Positions 59,859-64,000 of a DNA stretch of 64,000 nt are shown here, piece by piece. Made by a program: the position numbers and the translations under genes. The stretch is from Acidimicrobiia bacterium (GTDB lineage: Bacteria > Actinomycetota > Acidimicrobiia > IMCC26256 > BP-133): NCBI GenBank assembly GCA_044867425.1, contig JBIOUX010000164.1, positions 1,367 to 65,366 of the forward strand, given 5' to 3'. Below the pieces are notes generated by a model. It did not search any database. It was not told the origin of the DNA and saw nothing but the letters and a program-made list of their open reading frames with translations. How positions within the stretch are numbered: position 1 is the first letter of the stretch; each line of letters opens with the position of its first letter.

Positions 59859-61007
59859 CTAGCGGTCTCCAGCCCGCACCCGGCGAGCCAGGGATTCGGA
59901 GATCAGCATCCGCTGGATCTGATTGGTGCCGATGTAGATCTGCATGACCTTGGCGTCGCGCATCATGCGCTCGACGGGGTGGTCCTTGAGGTAGCCGTGG
60001 CCGCCCAGGCACTGGACGGCGTCGGTGGTCACGGCCATGGCCGTGTCGGTGCAGAACACCTTGGCCATCGAGGCCAGCTCGCTCGCCCTGGGATCCCCGG
60101 TGTCCACCGCCGCGGCCGCCTTGTAGGCCAGCTCCCGGCCGGCCTCGATGCGGATGGCCATGTCGGCGATGGGAAACGACACGCCCTGGAACTCGTAGAC
60201 CGGTTTCCCGAAGGCCCTGCGTTCCAGGGTGTAGGCGAGGGCGTACTCCATGGCGCCGGCGGCCAGCCCGCAGGCCATGCCCGCCACATTCGGGCGGGCG
60301 AAGTCGAGGAGGCGCTGGGCGGCCCGCAGGCCGGTGTCGCCGCCGATCATGTTCTCGGCCGGGACCTCCACGTTCTCGAAGGCCAGGGCGGCCAGCGAGC
60401 TGCCTCGCAGCCCCATCTTGCGCTCCTCCCGGAGCACGCTGACCCCGGGCGACTCCACGGTGTCGACCATGAACATGCGCAGGCCGCTCCAGCCCGAGCC
60501 GGGCTCGACGGTGGCCACCAGGGCGAAGAAGTTGGCGTGGCCGCCGTTGGTGATGAAGCACTTCTCGCCGTTGATGAGATAGGAGCCGCCCTTGTCCACG
60601 GCGTGGGTGCGGATCCCGCCCAGGTCGCTGCCCGCCTCCGGTTCGGTGGCGGCGAAGCAGCCGATGCGCTCGTCGAGGAGCGGGAAGAGCCGGTCCTGCT
60701 GCTCGGGGGTGCCCAGGAAGCGCAGGGGGATGGCGGGACCGAAGTTCTCGAACATCTGGGCGGCGGCGGCGTTCACCTTGGCGATGCCCTCGGCCAGGAT
60801 GACCCACTCGGTCGAGCCGGCCTCGGCGCCCCCATACCTCTCGGGGGTCATGAGCGACAGCCAGCCCAGCTCCCGGTAGAGATCGAGGAGGTCGTGGGGG
60901 AACTTGTCCTCCTCTTCCATGCGGGCGCCGATGGGGGCGATGCGCTCCTCCGCCACCCGGGCCACCGTCACCGCGAAGAGCTCCTGCTCCGGGGTGAGCG
61001 TGGGCAT
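59859..61007 (-). CDS. Acyl-CoA dehydrogenase paralogue lacking the canonical catalytic Glu (YIGT instead of YEGT)
   Basis: 382 aa. By eye, roughly 70% of positions are identical to the 55701-56846 product. Codon 59931-59933 encodes Ile where the paralogue has Glu. Confidence 0.9.
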   Translation of the reverse strand: MPTLTPEQELFAVTVARVAEERIAPIGARMEEEDKFPHDLLDLYRELGWLSLMTPERYGGAEAGSTEWVILAEGIAKVNAAAAQMFENFGPAIPLRFLGTPEQQDRLFPLLDERIGCFAATEPEAGSDLGGIRTHAVDKGGSYLINGEKCFITNGGHANFFALVATVEPGSGWSGLRMFMVDTVESPGVSVLREERKMGLRGSSLAALAFENVEVPAENMIGGDTGLRAAQRLLDFARPNVAGMACGLAAGAMEYALAYTLERRAFGKPVYEFQGVSFPIADMAIRIEAGRELAYKAAAAVDTGDPRASELASMAKVFCTDTAMAVTTDAVQCLGGHGYLKDHPVERMMRDAKVMQIYIGTNQIQRMLISESLARRVRAGDR

Positions 61008-61014
61008 GGCGCCT

Positions 61015-61032
61015 CCGAATGAGCAGTCGGTC
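61015..61032. promoter_or_regulatory. Operator-like motif CGAATGA-GCAG-TCGGTCA
   Basis: It lies between the TetR stop (61059) and the ACAD start (61007). On the coding strand it abuts the GGAGG ribosome-binding site. Confidence 0.5.
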
Positions 61033-61058
61033 AGTTTCCGGGCCAGACTCTAACGGTG

Positions 61059-61706
61059 TTAGGGAAGGGCGTCAACGCCTTCGATCCGGGCCGCCAGCCC
61101 CTCCAGCAGGGCCCGGCAGGCCAGCTCGAAGCGCTCGTCCTCGTCGACGGCGTCGCGCTCGAGGGCGAGCCGCAGGTCGTCATACCCCTCGGCGGGCAGC
61201 TCGGCCCTCCACGCCGCCGCCGGAGCGTTGAGGCCATAGAGCACCGAGCCGGTGCAGAAGGCCTCCAGGGCGTTGATGAGGGTGATCTGGTAGGCCGGGG
61301 ACACGCCGGCGGCCGTGAGCCGCCGCGTGGCGTAGTCGTAGGTGGCCGACCCGGCCCGGCGGTTGTAGCGGCCGAAGACCAGAGGCAGCAGGTTGGGGTG
61401 GGCCAGCAGGGCCTGCCGGTAGGAGCGGGCCATCTCCATCAACCAGTCGACCCAGCCGGCCGTGTCGTCCTCCAGGGGCCGCAATTCGGCGAAGGCCAGC
61501 GTGGCCACCCCGTCGAGGATCTCCTCCTTGTCGCGGAAGTGGTGGTAGAGCGAGGCCCCCCGCAGGCCAAGGGCGTCAGCCAGGCGCCGGATGCTGAAGG
61601 CTTCCAGCCCTTCGGCGTCGATGATGGCCAGGGCCTCCTCGACCGCCCGGCGCTGGAAGCTGGTGAACCGCTTGGGTCGCTCCACGACGGGCATTCTCCC
61701 TCTCAT
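61059..61706 (-). CDS. TetR-family transcriptional regulator
   Basis: The N-terminal HTH is FSIRRLADALGLRGASLYHHFRDKEEIL. 215 aa. Confidence 0.9.
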   Translation of the reverse strand: MRGRMPVVERPKRFTSFQRRAVEEALAIIDAEGLEAFSIRRLADALGLRGASLYHHFRDKEEILDGVATLAFAELRPLEDDTAGWVDWLMEMARSYRQALLAHPNLLPLVFGRYNRRAGSATYDYATRRLTAAGVSPAYQITLINALEAFCTGSVLYGLNAPAAAWRAELPAEGYDDLRLALERDAVDEDERFELACRALLEGLAARIEGVDALP

Positions 61707-61725
61707 GGTGCCCGCGCACTGCTAT

Positions 61726-62571
61726 TCACCGGGTGGCGGTGGCCAGCAGGTGCCCGGTGGAACCGAGCATGGAGGGCTCAGACTCCAGCAGGCGCAGCAC
61801 CTCGAGCAGGTGGGACCAGCGTCTGGGGGCGGCCGCCCTGGCCTCGAGGTCGCCGAGCAGGAGCCCCGGGCCCTCTACGGCGACGACGGACACGCCGGCG
61901 AACCCCGCTTCGGCCACCTCGGAGGCAAGCTCGTCGGGATGGTGGAAGAAGGCAGTGGTGAACAGCCCCGCCTGCCGTTCCGGGTTGACGTGGGTGCCCG
62001 CCGCCATGGTGTGGCGGATGGCCGTCCACCGCTGATACCACTGGTCGTCATCCATGCGGCGCCCGAGGTTGTCGAGCACGGCGGCGAAGCGGCTGATGCC
62101 GGCGGCGACCAACACGCCGTCCGGGCGGAGTACCCGGCGGGCCTCCTGCAGGCACCGCAACCGGTCGGCCCGGCCGGTGAGGTGGTAGAGGGGTCCGAGC
62201 AGCACGACGGCGTCGGCGTAACGGTCGGGACGCTCGATGGCCCGGGCATCACCGACGTCGGCTCGTAGGGAGACTCCCCGTTCGGCGGCCAGCTCGGCGG
62301 CCTGGTGCACATGAAGCTCCACCGCGTCGAACAGCTCGACGTCGTAGCCCTGCTCCGCCAGCCAGACCGCATACCGCCCCGGACCGCCGCCCACGTCGAG
62401 CACTCGCCCCGACCCCGGTAGGTGGCGGGCGAGCACATCGACGGTCCGCTCGAACTCCAGCCGGCCGACGGCGGGGCCGACGAGGCGGTCGGCCTCGCGC
62501 CGGGCGCCGTAGTAGTGGGCGATCTCAGGGTCCAGCTGATACTCGGGAGGCATGACCCGCGATGGTGGCAT
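61726..62571 (-). CDS. Class I SAM-dependent methyltransferase
   Basis: VLDVGGGPGRYAVWLAEQGYDVELFD is SAM motif I. The start is uncertain; the Met at 62569-62571 was chosen. Confidence 0.8.
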   Translation of the reverse strand: MPPSRVMPPEYQLDPEIAHYYGARREADRLVGPAVGRLEFERTVDVLARHLPGSGRVLDVGGGPGRYAVWLAEQGYDVELFDAVELHVHQAAELAAERGVSLRADVGDARAIERPDRYADAVVLLGPLYHLTGRADRLRCLQEARRVLRPDGVLVAAGISRFAAVLDNLGRRMDDDQWYQRWTAIRHTMAAGTHVNPERQAGLFTTAFFHHPDELASEVAEAGFAGVSVVAVEGPGLLLGDLEARAAAPRRWSHLLEVLRLLESEPSMLGSTGHLLATATR

Positions 62572-62688
62572 GCCGGCGAACGGACGGGCCCGGGAATTTC
62601 CCGGGGTTCGGGCGCTACGGCGGAGCGATCCCCAGCGCATCTTTACGCGTACAGAAAAAGTGGTTGACATTCTCATGGTGGGCGCGGT

Positions 62689-62706
62689 TGACTGAGGATT
62701 CAGTCA
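62689..62706. promoter_or_regulatory. Perfect 7-4-7 palindrome TGACTGA-GGAT-TCAGTCA
   Basis: It lies in the divergent region between the methyltransferase/TetR genes (-) and the SBP copy 3 gene (+). Confidence 0.55.
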
Positions 62707-62765
62707 GCCACGGGAACTCTCCACCACGTGTCCCTGTCGCCGCCGCGACGCGCCCGTTCGAAAGG

Positions 62766-64000
62766 ATGTCGATGCACCGGAGCCTGCCCTCACGCCTGAC
62801 CCTGGCGGCCGTGGTCGCCGCTGTCGCCCTGACCACAGGAGCGTGCGGGTCCCGTCTCGACCAGGCGGGGTTGACGGCGGCCAATGGGCCGTTCATGCAG
62901 GCCGGGGGCGTCGCCCCAGGATTCGGCGGCGAGGCGGTCCCCGGCGCCGAACCGGCCTCCGGCGACGCCGGCACCGTGGCCGGGACCGCGACCGATCCCG
63001 GGACGGGCTCCTCCGGCGCCGTCAGCGGCGACACCGGAGGAGTGAGCTCGGGAATCGCCGCGCCGGCGCTCCGGTCCGGCGGCGGCCCAGGGTCGGGAGC
63101 CTCATCGGCGGCCTCGCCCCCGAGGGCGACAGGCAGCGCCACCACTGGCGGCTCCCCGGGCGCATCCAGCACTTCGGCAGCAGCCGCCCAGGGCCTGCCC
63201 GGCGGACCACAGCCCGCGGCTCCCGCCCCGGGTGGGAAGAAGTCCGAGATCCTGCTCGGCTCCTGGGGCGCCGAGTCCGGCATCCTCGGAGCCGTCAGCG
63301 GTCCCGCCCCGCCCGCCATCCGGGCGTGGGCGGCGTCCATCAACGCTCAGGGGGGCATCAATGGGCACCCCGTCCGGGTGATCCTGGGCGACGACAACGC
63401 CGACCCGTCCCGGAGTCAGGCTGTCGTCCGCAAGATGGTGGAGCAGGACAAGGTCATCGGCTTCTTCAACGACTACTCCTTCACGCTCCCGGCGGTCCTC
63501 CCCTACCTGGAGCAGAAGGGGATACCGGTGATCGGCAGCATCGGTGGTGACGCCTCCGGGGACCACTCACCCATGATGTTCAATCCCATGGTGGGGGCCG
63601 ACGTCGGCCAGAGCTGGGGCTTCATCAACAACGCCCTGACCCAGGTTGCCGGAAAGAAGAAGGTGGGCATCGTCTACTGCCGGGAAGCCAGCACCTGCTC
63701 CGCCCTGAAGGAAGGGTTCAAGAAGCTCCTGCCCTACAACGGGCTCGAGGTCGTCTACGAAGCCTTCGTCTCCCTGGCCCAGCCTGACTACACCGGGGAG
63801 ATGATCCAGGCCCAGAGGGCGGGCGCGGAGATCATCCTGCCTCTCGTCGACACGTCCTCTCTCAACCGCCTGGGCCAAGCGGCCCACCGCCAGAGCTACG
63901 ACCCCGCCTTCGTCGGCACCTACAACCTCAACCAGGATCTTCTCGGCGCCTTCGCCAAGGAGCTCGAAGGCCTCTTCCTCAACTCCCGGGTACCGCCGTG
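62766..64000 (+). CDS. ABC transporter substrate-binding lipoprotein (Leu/Ile/Val-type), copy 3, 3' end cut by window edge
   Basis: MSMHRSLPSRLTLAAVVAAVALTTGACGS carries a lipobox and is followed by a Gly/Ser/Ala/Pro linker. The core is then very similar to 26402-27976 (KSEILLGS.G.ESGILGAVSGPAPPAIRAWAA.IN.QGG.NGHPV.VILGDDNA.PSRSQA). It is absent from the ORF track because there is no stop in the window. Confidence 0.85.
   Translation, partial: MSMHRSLPSRLTLAAVVAAVALTTGACGSRLDQAGLTAANGPFMQAGGVAPGFGGEAVPGAEPASGDAGTVAGTATDPGTGSSGAVSGDTGGVSSGIAAPALRSGGGPGSGASSAASPPRATGSATTGGSPGASSTSAAAAQGLPGGPQPAAPAPGGKKSEILLGSWGAESGILGAVSGPAPPAIRAWAASINAQGGINGHPVRVILGDDNADPSRSQAVVRKMVEQDKVIGFFNDYSFTLPAVLPYLEQKGIPVIGSIGGDASGDHSPMMFNPMVGADVGQSWGFINNALTQVAGKKKVGIVYCREASTCSALKEGFKKLLPYNGLEVVYEAFVSLAQPDYTGEMIQAQRAGAEIILPLVDTSSLNRLGQAAHRQSYDPAFVGTYNLNQDLLGAFAKELEGLFLNSRVPP

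Noticed and set aside
62664-62694. TTGACA at 62664 as a -35 promoter element, and likewise TTGACA at 4157.
   Set aside because: No acceptable TAnnnT -10 hexamer lies at the right spacing by eye. It cannot be supported without transcription start data.

Overview
High-GC (about 70%) chromosomal segment that looks actinobacterial, with dense coding on both strands. Many long antisense ORFs in the six-frame track are artefacts of the GC content. All family calls come from motif recognition by eye; no database search was run.

The backbone is dominated by acyl-CoA and lipid or steroid-like catabolism:
- Three acyl-CoA dehydrogenases, a P450, a KshA-like Rieske oxygenase and an LLM oxidoreductase.
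- An enoyl-CoA hydratase, a MaoC hydratase, paaZ, two AMP-ligases and a TetR regulator.
- A Liv-type ABC importer (fused permease plus one ATPase) with three paralogous lipoprotein substrate-binding proteins.
- Housekeeping or envelope genes: a GH15 fragment, a class A PBP, an S8 peptidase, a rhomboid and a metzincin-like protease.
- A ferredoxin / PaaA-like / IscX-like / PaaC-like diiron cluster.

The standout is an 11.06-kb Tn3-family transposon derivative at 29077-40137:
- It has terminal inverted repeats matching 23/24 and a perfect 5-bp target duplication (ATCTC).
- It splits a host gene, and removing it restores that gene in frame.
- It has no intact transposase. Its cargo is a Sec-signal 2505-aa Rhs/YD-repeat polymorphic toxin with a Cys-rich HExxH C-terminal tip.
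- Also aboard are a tightly linked candidate immunity lipoprotein, a lower-GC block of small ORFs and a frameshifted GH25 muramidase.

Other recurring signals:
- An 18-bp palindromic operator-like motif lies upstream of at least five transcription units.
- A thrice-repeated small membrane protein family (DEWRKLDR motif) is coupled to transporter genes.
- Two paralogues of an unrecognised DHSWG-motif protein are present.
- One acyl-CoA dehydrogenase paralogue has lost its canonical catalytic Glu.
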